64,000 nt of DNA from Heteronotia binoei. Taxonomy: Eukaryota. Where the stretch lies: positions 173,910,001-173,974,000 of the forward strand of contig NC_083243.1 of assembly GCF_032191835.1 (NCBI RefSeq), in the 5' to 3' direction. The position numbers were made by a program, and so were the translations under genes. Below the pieces are notes generated by a model. The model saw only the letters and a program-made list of their open reading frames with translations, was not told the origin of the DNA and did not search any database. Each line of letters starts with the position of its first letter. Within the stretch, counting starts at the first letter, position 1. Below are positions 12,700-26,740 of this stretch, in pieces.

Positions 12700-13015
12700 T
12701 GCTCCCGTACCTCTCCCCTCTCTTGCTGAAGATTTCTTCACATGTGACTTTTTCCTTCATGGAGATAACCTCTGTATATGCTCCCATACCTCTCCCCTCT
12801 CTTGCTGAAGATTTCTTCACATGTGGCTTTTTCCTTCATGGAGATAACCTCTGTATATGCTCCCCTACCTCTCCCCTCTCTTGCTGAAGATTTCTTCACT
12901 TGTGACTTTTTCCTTCATGGAGATAACCTCTGTATATGCTCCCCTACCTCTCCCCTCTCTTGCTGAAGATTTCTTCACTTGTGACTTTTTCCTTCAAGGA
13001 GATAACCTCTGTATA
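12700..13015. repeat. 79-bp minisatellite, 4 copies
   Basis: Unit tgctcccNtacctctcccctctcttgctgaagatttcttcacWtgtgactttttccttcatggagataacctctgtata starts at 12700, 12779, 12858, 12937. Confidence 0.95.
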
Positions 13016-14258
13016 AATAGGGGGAAGCGTGTGCTTGTGTGCAGCTTCATAAGGAAACTGCATGTTTATTTTGCAGGGATTAAATTTATTCCATGTAGGG
13101 GGAAATGTCACAAGCAGCTTCATTGACTGCATGGAAATCACTCTTCTGTCTGGGATCTTAACAAATGTGCTGATAACTTTGATTTTTCCAGAGCCCAACT
13201 GGACATAGGGAATTTAACACAGCCTTCTGAGTGATGGGGATGATAGTTTTTACCTTTCCAAAGTGTTTCAGTGATGTTAATCATTTAAGTTTGGTATCCT
13301 TGAAACATGATAGACTTTTTGCTGCTCTCCTGGCCATTTTTAACTCTTCTGGACCAAATTTAGTGAATAGCAGCTTGAATCTTATGATGTCATTCCCCTT
13401 GCACACCTCTTGGCCAATGTGAAGGCTGCAGTGCTTGCATCCTCTGTTGCTAGCACTTCCGCTTGTGTAAGGGTTCCTTGGAAACTTTTGATCTTGCACA
13501 CAGGGAAGTGCTAGCAGCAGAGAAAGTGAGCATCGCAGTGGAAGAACCTGGAGAGAAGTGTGAGGGGAATGATGTTGTAGGAGTCAAACCAGTATGGCCT
13601 GTATGGTAGCAAGTGGAACCTGAATGATATACCCCTGTTTTTCCCTCCTCCTCATTCCCCCAACTAACTAAGCCTATAACTACTTCTCAGGCAAGGCAAA
13701 TGAGTTCTGTTTAGTACCTGGTGCACAGAGAGAAAATGTTTTAACAGTGTATGTTTGGAGAAGGGGCAAAGCAATTTGGGAAGACTGTATGTTAGGAACC
13801 CTGGTTTCATCTAGGCTTTTTATGTATGTAATATATTTATGGACCTTTTTTGAGTCAGAACCAACTTGTAGGTAACCTACAGCCTGCAAACAAGGATCCC
13901 AACCAAGCAGCAACAGCAGGGTGAGCATCAGAATAAGCAAGTCAAACAAACTTACTTCGATTGAACTGCTAAAGGTACAATTTTCACTCTCTTCTGCAAA
14001 GAGAGGAGAGACTGCGTCTGCCCTGTCCCCGAGTGGAGGGAATTGCAGAGATCTCATAAGACTACACAAAACAATATGTTGCAAGATGAATTCTTGATTA
14101 CTCTTGCTCTCCAGATGAAAACTGAGCCTGCATTCAGAAATTTTAGTGGGCTTTTTTTTGGTGACAACTAGAGGAGGATACCAGACTGCACATTAGAGCA
14201 TGTACGTGCCTGAATGACGTTAATTGGCTTGATTCTCTTGTCTTTGTACTCCTCCCAG

Positions 14259-14441
14259 GGCCTTCATTACCACTATTTTGAGCTTGGAAAGAACACTGAT
14301 CCCGAGAAGGAGAGTGACCCACGGTTTGATGCTGCATTCACGGTACATCCAGTGTTGGACCCTGTACAGATATACCGGCTACACAGACATTTTGCACATG
14401 TGGAGCTGGAACACACTTATCAGGAAATACAGCAGCTTCAG
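14259..14441 (+). CDS. CHPF: CHPF coding exon 3
   Basis: Acceptor tactcctcccag|GGC; GLHYHYFELG...DPRFDAAFTVHPVLDPVQIYRLHRHFAHVELEHTYQEIQQLQ; donor CAG|GTAAGG. Confidence 0.97.
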
Positions 14442-14567
14442 GTAAGGAATGTAAGAGGTGACATGGGGAACGAATAAGGTCTGGACATCAGGGCCATAGC
14501 CAGTAGGGGAGCACATAGGGTCTGTTAAATCTGCAGTGCCCCCTATTGAGTGGCGATCAGCATGCTG

Positions 14568-15286
14568 ATCATGGTAGATAACTCCCTGAAAATGTCAAGA
14601 CAGTGTGCGATTGCAGTAAAAAAGGCCAACGCCATACTGGGAATTATTAGGAAGGGAATTGAAAACAATCAGCCAGTATCATAATACCCCTGTATAAATC
14701 GATGCTGCAGTCTCATTTGGAATGCTGTGTGCAATTCTGGTCACCGCACCTCAAAAAAGGATATTATAGCATTGGAAAAAGTTCAGAAAAGGGCAACTAG
14801 AATGATTAAAGGGTTGGAACATTTTCCCTGTGAAGAAAGGTTAAAACGCTTGGGGCTCTTTAGCTTGGAGAAATGTCGACTGCGGGGTGACATGATAGAG
14901 GTTTACAAGATAATGCATGGGATGAAGAAAGTAGAGAAAGAAGTTCTTTTCTCCCTTTCTCACAGTACAAGAACTCGTGGGCATTCGATGAAATTGCTGA
15001 ACAGTCAGGTGAAAATGGATAAAAGGAAGTATTTCTTCACCCAAAGGGTGATTAACATGTGGAATTCACTGCCACAGGAGGTGGTGGCAGCTAGAAGCAT
15101 AGACAGCTTCAAGAGGGGGTTAGATAAAAATATGGAGCAGAGGTCCATCAGTGGCTATTAGCCACAGTGTGTGTATGTGTATATATATATATATATATAT
15201 AAAATTTTTGGCCACTGTGTGACACAGAATGTTGGACTGGATGGGCCATTGGCTTGATCCAACATGGCTTCTCTTATGTTCTTATG
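14568..15286 (+). mobile_element. CR1 LINE 3' fragment (RT C-terminus and 3' UTR containing a (TA)n tract)
   Basis: KKDIIALEKVQKRATRMIKGLEHFPCEERLKRLGLFSLEKCRLRGDMIEVYKIMHG...RKYFFTQRVINMWNSLPQEVV; tail ...cttctcttatgttcttatg. Confidence 0.9.
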
Positions 15287-18200
15287 CTGCCTTCCCCCTC
15301 CCCTCCTCCTCCCTGAAACACAGCTTGTGTGCCTGCAGGACAGGAGCAGAGAGAAGCTTGCTTGCATGAGCCAGAGAGAAAGAGAGGGCCTCCCTCCTTG
15401 ACCTTTCCTCGCTTCTTCCCTTAAGCTCCTTACCCTGGGCCCAGTGGGCAGTCACTGGCTCTTCCTGTTTCTCCCTCCCTCACCCTGCTTCCCTCCTCTC
15501 TCTCTCTCTTGATGTTTTGACAAACAGCATTGTGGCTTTCCAGCCCACGAGTGGGTCTGGGAAGCCGGATATGACAGGGGGAGGATGTTTGCAGGCGCTA
15601 ATTTCAAACCAAATGCTTTAATTATGCAGCTTGACTTGGGGTTGATAGTTTCAACACCTTTTTAACAGAGGACTGCAATTATATTGTGGCAAACAGGCCC
15701 TCAAATGTAGTTGGGGGACAAAAATAGGGGTGTATGTGAGAGAGAGAAATGGGGGGGGGAGTGTGTGTGTGTGTGAGTGAGTGTGTGTGAGAGAATAATC
15801 TGTGCTGCTTAAAGTGAAATCCTAAACAGAGTTACGAATTTCTAGCATTTAATTCAATGAGTGGTGCCCTGGTGTTCCCATCTGAAAAAAATTCTTAGCT
15901 ACAGGGCTCTGGACATGAGCTGAGGGGATTATTCTAATGCTCCTAATACATCCCAGGCTTCATCCTGGAGCTACATTCAGGACCAAACAGATCAGAACAC
16001 TGTGAGTTCTGTAATGAAAACTCACAGTATATTATTAAAAATGCAGTTAAATAATCCCTCCCCTTATGGTCCTGGACATGATTGGGGCCCCCACATGCTT
16101 GACAACTGCAGTTAAAAACAACAGATCCGGCAGCTCTGATCTTCCCGGACCAGTTGAATGGAAGTCAGTCAGTCAAGGCAGACTACTAAAGCCCATCACT
16201 TCTAGGATAACTGACTCATTTTCGTGTCCAGAGCTGAGTCAGTCCTGCTAAATAACAAGCCTACAGAGCCAGTGTGGCATAGTGGTTAGATCAGGACGAG
16301 GGAGAATCAAGTTTAAATCCCAACTCATCCATGAGATTTACACCAGCCAGCCAATGCTTATGTATCTCTGTCTCCTCCCAAAGTTGTATGTTAAATGCTG
16401 TCAAGTCGTTTCCGGCTTGTGGTGACCCTATGAATTAATGTCCTCCATCATGTTTCAATTCCCACAGTTAGGTGACCTTTTTAACCTAAGTGCCCCTTCA
16501 CCCCGTTTAGCGTAAAGTTGTTGGCGTTATCGCAAACAAAATTGGCCTGTGGGGAAAAAAGCAGAGTTGTACTTGGCCAGACACACTGGGAGCAAGCTGA
16601 GCTGCACCACTGCTACTAGCACCTTGGGGGCTCTCCTCAGACTTGAATGGCAGCTGTACAGGTCTGGGAGATGACAACCAGTTGCCTGTCCCATGCTGCC
16701 AGCACCTTGGCAGTGCCTTGTTGCTTGAGCGGGGAACCACCTTGAGCAACAAGCAAATTAGTCTGGCATTTTTTTCTTCAGCATGCAAGGCAGGGATTGT
16801 CTACACCTGACTTCACCCTGTTTCTCAGAATAGCTCAGTTAAAAAGTGGAGGCCAAGAGTCAACAGGTGCATCCCTGAGCTACTTGGGGGAAGAGCAGGA
16901 TAAAAATGTAATAGATAACAGAGTATCCACACAGTTTCCCTCCCTCAGCACTCCCTGCTCTTTAAGTAGAAAAAGGAAGGGAGGACTTAGATTTGATTGC
17001 AGTAGTCCTTATGTTGGCAGTGTCTGGAGATTGATCGGCACACTTAGCAACAAATACTGAACTGGGAGCCCTGGTTGCTACTTTGCTACTACAGATTGGC
17101 TGGAGAGGGTGCCGTACTGTATTTGAAAGAAAATTGGCAAGAAGGGGTGAGAGTGCTGCTTAAGGTTTTTATTGCTCACCTCTTCTCTCTTGCGGCTGCC
17201 ACTTTCCCAGCTACAATTCTAGCCTCATGTTTTCTGCAGGAGTGGAGGGAGTAATGGTTGAAGAAAAGTTATGTATCCTCACCCCTCATTGATCACCATT
17301 TCTTCCAAGTTAGTTCGGAGAGAACTCATTTAGGGCAGGACGTTACTAAATACCAGTTTTGCTGGGGAAATTAAGTAAAAGGGCATGCTAGCAAAACTGA
17401 AACTACAGGCAGACAAGGTGCTAAGATATGTGATCTGATTCCCCCACCCCCAATCTTAAAAAAAAAATATCACAGCTTTACAAGACCCTGATTCAGTGTG
17501 GAGCCGTATAGAGAATGGAGAAGGTACTTAACTTTTAGTTTGCCGCAGCTTTGCTCATCAAACCCAGCACCCCCTTCCCTCCTGCTTTTGCTGGTTTTTT
17601 AAAATAAGTATCATCTCTGTTCTTTGGATAAGCAAAACCCTGGAAGGGCTGAACCCCCCCTCCTTGCACAGCCACTGCCTAAACTGATTGCAAAATCACA
17701 GCTCTGTTGTTTAAGATGCCCGAAGGTCTGCGATCCAGTTGGACTCAAAAAAAGGTTTCTGAAATTTTGGTGAACTGTTTTCCCGTTACAGAGCACTTCC
17801 ATTTGATCCTTATCGTCGTTGTTTTTAGTGGTTACCTTGAAATGCTTAACAAAAACCCTGTAGATGGGAACAAGGCAATATATTTGCATGCTTGTGCAAT
17901 AAATAAAAAGGGCATTCAACAGCAAAAGGTGTGCTTTTATTGAAATGCCAGCAGAGTCCAGACAATAATCTGATTCTTATTTGCATGGCTGGATGCAATA
18001 ATGTCTAGCAAAATGGACCCTGGCTCACAGCCTGCAACTCTGCATGTGACGGACTGAGAATTGTGCACTACTTTTGTTGTTTTTCACTGTACTGTAATAT
18101 TAAACTTCTGGTTTATGGTAAAGTTGTAGACTATAAAGCTATCTGGGAATGTGTTTGAAATATAGCAATATGCTGAACCTTACTGCATACAGCTGTTCAA

Positions 18201-18882
18201 TAGCTGTGTTAAATGACATAGATTAGCATTACACATTTAATTTTCTTTTCGTTGTGCTGTTGTAAACTAATATTTGAGTCTAGTGCTTTGGGTTATAATA
18301 AGTTTTTAAATGAGTTATATAGTGCCCCTGCCAGTTGGCACTGGGGGCGTGCTTTACATAAAAATGACATAGAATGACATATGTAATAGAAATGAAAATC
18401 CATTTTAAACTAATTAAAAATGAAAATCCATATTAAAGTAACGCTTTAAGAAATAGGAAGAAGAGAGGAACGTTGGATGTATTTGGTGCTTCTGTGAAAA
18501 ATGTGTTTATGGAAGTGATTTTTATGCATTTTCCCCCCTACAGCACTCCCCCCTGTACCCCACAAGATTCTGTTGAGGATCAGTATGCCATGGAACACTT
18601 AAGTGCTGCTTGAAAAGGGGTGAATCAGCAGGAATTTCCCTGCCTCCCTTTGCATTGGCAGAGCTAGTGAGGGAGAATGATTTTGCCTTTTTGTTGCATT
18701 ACCCCCCTCTCCTGCTGAGTGGCATACTGCTCTGTGGGGCTTCCCAGGGGGAACTGAATAAAAATATCTTCCAGTCTGTGCACAAAAGCTTTGAATGCAG
18801 ATTGCACATTTTGGGATGCTTTGCAGCTGATGTCTCCAAAGCTGGAGCCTGGGGAAACTAGCAAAGTCTTCAGGTTAAAAGT

Positions 18883-21800
18883 AGAATCATAGAGTTGGAA
18901 GGGACCTCCAGGGTCATCTAGTCCAACCCCCTGCACAATGCAGGAAACTCACAGACACCTCCCCCTAAATTCACAGGATCCGCATTGCTGTCAGATGGCC
19001 ATCTAGCCTCTGTTCTAAAACCTCCAGGGAAGGAGAGCCCACCACCTCATGAGGAAGCCTGTTCCACTGAGGAACCACTCTAATTGTCAGGAAGTTCTTC
19101 CTAATGTTGAGCTGGAAACTCTTTTGATTGAATTTCAACCCATTGGTTCTGGTCCTACCTTCTGGGGTCCAGAAACAATTCCACACCATCCTCTATATGA
19201 CAGCTCGTCAGGTACTTGAAGATGGTGATCATATCACCTCCCAGCTGCCTCCTCTCCAGGCTAAACGTGCCCAGCTCTTTCAGCTTTTCTTCATAAGACG
19301 GTCTCCAGACCCCTCACCATCTTCGTCACCCTCCTCTGGACCTGTTCCAGCTTGTCTATATCCTTCTTAAAATGTGGTGCCCAAAACTGAACACAGTACT
19401 CCAGGTGAGGTCTTACCAGAGCAAAGCGATACCATCACATCATGTGATCTGGACACTATACTTCTGTTGATACAGCCCAAAATTGCATTTGCCTTTTTAG
19501 CCACTGCATCACACTGTTGACTCATGTTCAGCATATTATCCAATAAGACCCCTAGATCCTTTTCGCACATACTACTGCTAAGACAAGTCTCACCCATCCT
19601 ATAACCATGCATTGGGTTTTTCCTCCCTAAATGCAGAACTTTACATTTATCCCTGTTAAAATTCATTTTATTGATTTTAGCCTAGTTTTCCAGCCTGTCA
19701 AGGTCATCCTGTATCCTGTTTCTGTTTTCTTCTGTGTTCGCAACCCCACCCAATTTAGTATTTAATAAGCATTCCCTCTATTCCTTCATCCAAATCATTG
19801 ATAAAGATGTTGAACAAAACAGGTCCCAAGACAGATCTTTGAGGCACTCCACTTGTCACTCCTCTCCAAGAGGATGAGGAACCATTCACAAGCATTCTTT
19901 GGGTGTGATCTATCAACCAATTACAGATCCACCTAATGTTAACAGGATCCAAACCACATTTTACCAACTTGTCAACAAGGATAGTATGTGGACTATCAAA
20001 AGCCTTACTGAAATCAAGATAAACGATGTCTACAGCATCCCCCTGATCCAGCAAGGTAGTCACTTTTTAAAAAAAAAAGAGATCAGGTTAGTCTGACATG
20101 ACTTGTTCTTGAGAAACCCATGCTGGCTCTTAGTAATCACATCCATTCTTTCTAAATGTTCCAGGACCGATTGTTTGATGATTTGTTCTAAAACTTGTCC
20201 AGGTATAGACGTCAAGCTGACGGATTGGTAGTTACCCGGATCCTCTTTTTTCCCTTGAAGATGGGGACAATATTTGCCCGCCTCCACTCTTCCGACACCT
20301 CTCCTGTTCTTCAAGAATTTTCAAAAATAATAGCCAGAGGCTCAGAAATTACATCCGCAAGCTCTTTTAGATCCCCTGGATGCAATTCATCTGGCCCTGA
20401 GGACTTAGTTTCATTTAAAGAAACTAGGTGTTTATGTACTAACCCTATGCTGATCCTAGGTTGGAACTTCATACCCTCATTATATGTTTTGTTTTTGCCA
20501 TGTTGAGCACCGTTTCCCTCAGAAGAGAAGACTGAGGAAAAGTAGGAATTCAGCAGTTCCGCCCTCTCTTCATTACCTGTTACAATTTCACTTTCTTCCC
20601 CTCACAATGGGCCTATCATGTCCTTACTCTTTTTCTTACTCTGAACATAAGAAAAGAACCCTTTTTGTTGCTTTTAGCATCTTTGGCCAGCCTAAGCTCA
20701 TACTGAGCTTTAGCTTTCCTAACTTTTTCTCTACAGGCACTGGTGATTTGTTTATGTTCATCCTTGGTTATAAGGCCTTCCTTCCAATTCCTAAAGCAGT
20801 CTTTTTTATTTCTCAAGTCTTGAGAGAGCTGTTTATGGAGCCAACTCAACTTCTTCTCATAGGAATCGTCTGTGATTGCGCTTTCAGTATTTTGCTTTTA
20901 AGAAACTCCCACCTCTCTTGAACCCCCTTCTTCCTAAGTATTTCTGACCATGGGATTTTACCTAGCATAGTTCTAAGTTTATTGAAGTTTGCCTTTCTGA
21001 AGTCCAACCTATAAGTCTGACTACGTATAGCTTTTCCCTTCCTTAAGACTGTAAATTCCAAAATCACATGGTCACTACTGCCCAGGATGCTGACTATTTC
21101 CACTTCTTCAATCAGTTCTTTCTTGTTGGTGAGAATCAAATCCAAGATAGAAGATCCCCTTGTTTCTATCTTCACCTTCTGGAAAAGGAAGTTGTCATTT
21201 TTCATTTTTAGTAGAGTTGGGCTTCCAGCAGATGTCTGGGTAATTGAAATCTCCCATGATCACTGCATCCCTTCTCTTGGAGAACTTTGCAATCTGTTGT
21301 AGGAGTATCTCATCCAAGTCCTCTGCCTGGCTTGGTGGTCTATAGCAGACCCCTACAATAATATCACTGTTATATCTTACTCCTTTTGTTTTTACCCAGA
21401 GACTCTCAACTGAGCTGCTATGCTCAGATTCACATGTTTCCTCACAAGTATATACCTCCTTCACATATACTGCTGCGTCTCCACCCTTTGTCATGTGCCT
21501 GTCCCTTTTAAATAAGTTGTACCCCTGAATCCTAATATTCCAGTTGTGATTGTCATCCTACCAAGTTTCAGTAAGGCCTATTATGTCGGTCTCCTTCCTT
21601 TATTAGGACTTCCAGTTCCTCCTGTTTGTTTCCCATGCTCTGTGCATTAGTGTAGAGACATCGGAATCCACGTTTTACACATCCCAAGGGTTTAGTTTCC
21701 GTACAAACCTGCATGTTAACATTATCTAGCGTATGCGCCACTCTCTGCAAATCTTTAATGTTCTTCTCCCCAGTTTCTGGCATCATATGAGGCTTTGAAT

Positions 21801-22970
21801 TATTGTCTAGCTCGCCCATACAATTTAAAGCCCTCCTTATTATGTTTGCAAGGCTGTTACCAAACACCCTTTTTCCTACCGCTATAAGGTGCAAACCATC
21901 TCCCAGTAGAAGACCACCATCTCGAAAGCATAATCCATGGTCCAGAAATCTGAATCTTTCCTGACGACACCATTGACATAGCCAGTTGTTTATTTGAAGT
22001 ATTCTTCTTTCTCATCCTAAGCCACAGCCTTCAACAGGAAGCACTGATGAGAACACAACCTGTGTGCCCAGCTCCTTCACCTTCTGACCTAGAGCCACAT
22101 AGTCTTTTCTAATATGTTCAGGGCTATGATGAGCAGTATCATTTGTTCTCACGTGGATCAGCAAGAAAGAATAGTAATCTGTGGGCTTGATAAGTCTTCC
22201 AATCCTTTCTGTCACATCCTGGATGCGTGCACCCAGCAGACAGCAGACCTCTCGGGATGACAAGTCTGGTCGGCATACTTTGGGCTCCCTCTGAGCAAGG
22301 AGTCTCCAATCACCACCACCTTCCTCTTCCTATATTGGGGAGCAGAAGCTCCAGGCTTCTTATCCACAGGATCCTGAGAAACTTTTTTCAAGCTTCGTGG
22401 AGGCTGGGGAAGTAGTCCTTGTCCCAATGGTTCAGAATCAGTTACTGTGGGGAGATCCTGGAACCTATTGCTGAGCAGCAGAGGCTCAGAACATCTCCTG
22501 ATTTTCTTTCTCATTCGGATTACATTTTTTCAGGAACCCTCCTCCTGTGTTGGGTTCTCTTCTAATTGCTGAGATACCGTTTCCTCTCCCTCCTCTTGTC
22601 CTTTTATGGGCGCCTCATGCGTTTTGTCAAGAAATCCTCACCTTCCTTTATACACTGCAGTGTAGACAGTCGTGCCTCCAGTCCCTGTATCTTCTCCTCC
22701 AGCAGGGCCACTAATTTACACTTGCTGCAAGTGTAATTTGTGCTACTGTCAGGTAGAAATACAAACATCCCACAGTCTTTACATGTCAATACTACTGCAA
22801 TCCATTTCAAAATTTTCTTTATCTTCAAATCCCACTACCAACTGCCACTTGAAACTACTTGTTAGTAACTACCCATCTTTCTACAGAACCCCCAGGCTAA
22901 AAGTCACAGGCCAAGAGTCCTTTGGCTTGCACCAAAGTCTCACACCTCTGGCAAGGATGAGCCTTGCAAA
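18883..22970 (-). mobile_element. Near full-length decayed CR1 LINE (ORF1 zinc finger + SGNH esterase; ORF2 APE + RT; many frameshifts)
   Basis: ORF1 pieces CKDCGMF...CSKC (22604-22828) and EVCCLLGARIQDV...LIHVRTND (22012-22263). ORF2 pieces CLYTNAQSMGNKQEEL, VCYRPP...[35 protein letters not shown]...[20 protein letters not shown]. Tail agaatcatagagttggaagggacc. Confidence 0.92.
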
Positions 22971-23084
22971 TTAAAGGCTCAAGCTCACCCCCCCACCTCT
23001 GACTCAACAGCCAGAGCAACAGCAGAGGGTGTATGAAAAGAGACCCATATATTTCATCCTGGACAGCAGTGCTTATGCCCAAAC

Positions 23085-23717
23085 TTAACCAGTTGGGGAT
23101 AGAAGTTGATGATTTTTTTTACTTCTGATGAGTCATATATCTTCAGATGTATTAAATTGAGACTGTGGGAGTTGGAGGAAATGAAACTACGGCCAACAGA
23201 CCCTTATATTTGCTCCCCAGCTTCCTTAGGTCTTTATGCTTTCTGCCGCAAAATGCCCAATTATCTATCAGACTTAACCATTCCAAGTCATCGCAGGGCA
23301 TTTATGTTGGCTAGACTAAATGCGTTTCCCTCCAAAGTTTTACAAGAGAGATATCATCAAGTCCCTTTAGGTGACAGATGCTGTTCCTGTGGAGCGAATA
23401 TTCCCGACTCAATTCAGCATATATCGCCTGATTGTTCCTTTGATCATAATCTCCGTAAAGATTTATTTTGCAAGCTTTCTTTCTCCCCAGATTTGTCTAT
23501 TCTGCCACCCTGTTATTTATTGAACGATACTGAGGGGGAGGTTAGCGAGGCTGTGGCAAAATTTTTGACTGACATCCTTAAATTTAAATCTGAACCATGT
23601 ATGAATGCATCTGTAAGCTCGGTTTCATTTTGTTTTTATCTCCAATGTTTAAATTTTTATAGTCTGTGTTTTTTTATTTGCAACTGTTATGCCATTAAAG
23701 GTATGGGATGGTATGGC
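23085..23717 (+). mobile_element. 3' fragment of a non-LTR retrotransposon with C-terminal CCHC knuckle (clade unassigned)
   Basis: RRAFMLARLNAFPSKVL.ERY..VP..DRCCSCG......IQHISPDC; tail tatgccattaaaggtatgggatggtatgg. Confidence 0.6.
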
Positions 23718-24815
23718 TAAGCCTTCCCGGGGAAAGAACACCCACTTCCTGGGCTTGGCCTTTATATTCTCTTCCCAGGCCCCACCCCTCTCTGGGCCTG
23801 TTTCTCTCCAAAACCCTCACTACCCAATCAGAGGGACAGAGGGGATCCTGGGAGATGTAGGCTTTTCTCAGTAACTCCTAAGCAGGCTTCCCTGGGGCCT
23901 GCAGGCCTCGCTTGTCCCAGGATCATGATACCAGGTAAAAGTAACAGAAAGGAATTAGGACACCCAGAGTTGAGGTATGTGTCTCCAGATCTCAGGGTGC
24001 TGCTACAGTCAGACTATTTAGCGGATGTGTCACCCCTAGGTGGAGTCTCTGCCATTATTGTAGAAAGATCTGTCTTGCCCATTCACAGCTCCAGACACTG
24101 GATTTAAGGATGCAAAGATTTGGCCAACTTCACTATTAGAATATAAGATGATAATACAGGTGCATATCTAATTATGTTTTTGCTCCTTATGTCACACTCA
24201 CAACACTTGCACATTTAGAACTGCCTTTCTATAGCTTGGATATGCAGAGCAACTACTGAAGGGGGTCTGAAATGAACTTTAAATGGGACATGTGAATTTG
24301 GTCTTGATTGCAAGGGGGGATTCTAGGTCCATCTCATGAAGCTGGCACTTAGTTTTCTTCACTCAGGAATCTAAGGCAGATCCTCATTCTATGGTAGAGT
24401 GCTGAAAGGTTTCTTGGGGTTGGCTGAAGTTTGGCAGTCAAGCAGAAAGATAAAAGGGCACTTTTTGTACCTTGTCTTTTTTTCCTTATGGGGCAATAAA
24501 TGCTGTATGTGTGTGGGGGGGCTGTGATTTCCCAAGGAACAATAATTCCTGACTAATATGGCATAGTTCTCTATTTGTACAACAAACCTAGGTTGATGGG
24601 AACTTATTTGATGCTGCTGCAAAAATCACACAAAAGCAATCAGAAACCCTTAAGTGTGGGGTCTTAACATGAACCAACCTCTAGATGTACACAGTCTTAA
24701 GTGTGCCACAAGGCACTTGCTTTGTTCTTGCCTCAGTAGCTACCTATGTGGTGTTTAATTTCTTTTTATATCACTGTCTACAACGTGAAACATGGCATAT
24801 AAATTTGTTCTAGAG

Positions 24816-26102
24816 CAGGGGTGTCAAACATGCAGCCCGTGGGCTGGATCCGGCCCGCAGAGGGCTTCAATCAGGCCCTCCAACAACTGGCTGTTGTCTG
24901 CTTCATTCTCCCTTGCCTGCTGTGTTCGGTCGCCATTTTGTGTTTCTCCCCAGCGATCAGCCTGCCAGCAAAGCAGCCTTTCTTTGCTCCTTCCCTCTCC
25001 CCCTCCCTTTTCCCAAAGGGAGGAGGAAAGAGGAGGAACCTCAGCCAATGAAAGAGCCTAGCTCTATAGCTCTGCTGGGTGATTAAGTTTGCCGGACTCA
25101 ATTAATCACCCTGCAGAGCTACTGAGCCCAGCCTCTCTTTCTTCCTGGCTGAGGCTTCTCCCTCTCCTTGTGTCCTGGGAGAAGGAAGGAAAAAGACAGA
25201 GCTTCCTTTGCCCAGTTCTCACCATCGGGAGAAATACAAAGAGCACTGTTAAGACTAGTAAGGTTTTATTGGAAGTATGAGCTTTTTGCCTTGTTACAGA
25301 GGGGGGGGGGGGGGAGATTAGTTGGGCTTGTTATGGGTGCAGCTGGGTCCCCCTCATCTTTTTCATTGTATTCATGCCCTCCAGTCTTTCTCAATAGGAA
25401 AGTATGTGAACTATTTAGAAGAGAAATAACAAGCTAGCATTAGGCTGAGTGTATGTGTGTCTAGCCCAGGTTTACCCAGGAAATTTCCATTGATTTTTTC
25501 TTTCACATTTTCCTTTGATTGGGCATCTTGAATTTAGACTTCCCAGATAGTAGGCTGATACTAATCATTGTACATGGCTGTCTCTGTTCTTGTACTGCCA
25601 CATAGGAGTTGTAGTTATTTTTTTGGAGAAGACTATAGTTTTGCAGACAAGCACATAGTCCTTAGTCTGTGCCAGGGTGCCTTCACATAATCTTGACCAG
25701 CACATGAAGCAACTTATGTACAAAAGCTCACAATGCTCAGATGCTTCATGTTTTCCTCTAGGTCTGAGGCTCAAAGCATTGACTATGAGATCTCTGTAAT
25801 GAATGTCAATAAATCAAAAGTAGGTTTGCAACTTAGATGTGCACACTTGAACAACATATCCAAGATTGGTACAGCACAGACATTGTCTGCAGTTTTTGAT
25901 GCAATAATTCATAGCAAGAGATGACATTTATCAGACTGTAAAACAAAAATATTGCAAGAGTGCTGTTTTAAGTTAAAAAAAAATTGTCTGCACCCTTTTT
26001 ATACAGTTTATATGTCCACTATCTGGCATTACATCTTATGACCTGACAAGGTCTTATTTATGTCACATCCGGCCCTCATAACAAATGAGGTCGACACCCC
26101 TG
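24816..26102. mobile_element. Non-autonomous hAT-Charlie-type element
   Basis: TIRs CAGGGGTGTCAAAC / GTCGACACCCCTG; perfect 8-bp TSD TTCTAGAG (24808-24815, 26103-26110); no transposase ORF. Confidence 0.88.
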
Positions 26103-26481
26103 TTCTAGAGGGTATTCGCTGTCAGAATTTGACATATGAATAGGTTACTTGGGCATTAATGATTACTGAGCCTAAGAACCTGTAGCCAGGAAGTTCTCGA
26201 TGGGATTTGATGAAAGGAGAGGAGGCCTATTTAATTTTCATGACTGGAGCCTTCAGTCCTAAAAGGGGTGGTGATGGCCTTTGCAGCATAGAGGTGGCAC
26301 AATCTCTACTAGCTCTGAGGGACCAGGCTTATAGGCAAATGATGTGTGCAATGATGCATAATTTTTTATATTACCATCACAAATCCTGTTCATTTCACTG
26401 ATCGCACATACATCTGGTCCGTTGCTTATTGTAGGGTCAGTCTTTTGGGCAAAGGTGTCAAGTGGCTGAATACCCTTCCTT

Positions 26482-26740
26482 GCCAGTTTGGTGTAGTGGT
26501 TAAGTGTGCGGACTGTTATCTGGGAGAACCAGGTTTTGCACCTGCTAGCATGGCCTTGGGTCAGCCATAGCTCTGGCAGAGGTTGTCCTTGAAAGGGCAG
26601 CTGCTGGGAGAGCCCTCTCCAGCCCCACCCACCTCACAGGGTGTCTGTTGTGGGGGAGAAAGGTAAAGAAGATTGTGAGCCGCTCTGAGACTCTTCGGAG
26701 TGGAGGGCGGGATATAGATCCAATATCTTCTTCTTCTTCC
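26482..26740 (+). mobile_element. Squam3-like SINE with internal deletion
   Basis: gccagtttggtgtagtggttaag...gagtggagggcgggatatagatccaatatcttcttcttc. Confidence 0.85.

Noticed and set aside
12022-12741. 239-aa antisense ORF over CHPF exon 2 (and similar ORFs over exon 4)
   Set aside because: Mirror frames of a GC-rich coding exon; no independent evidence.
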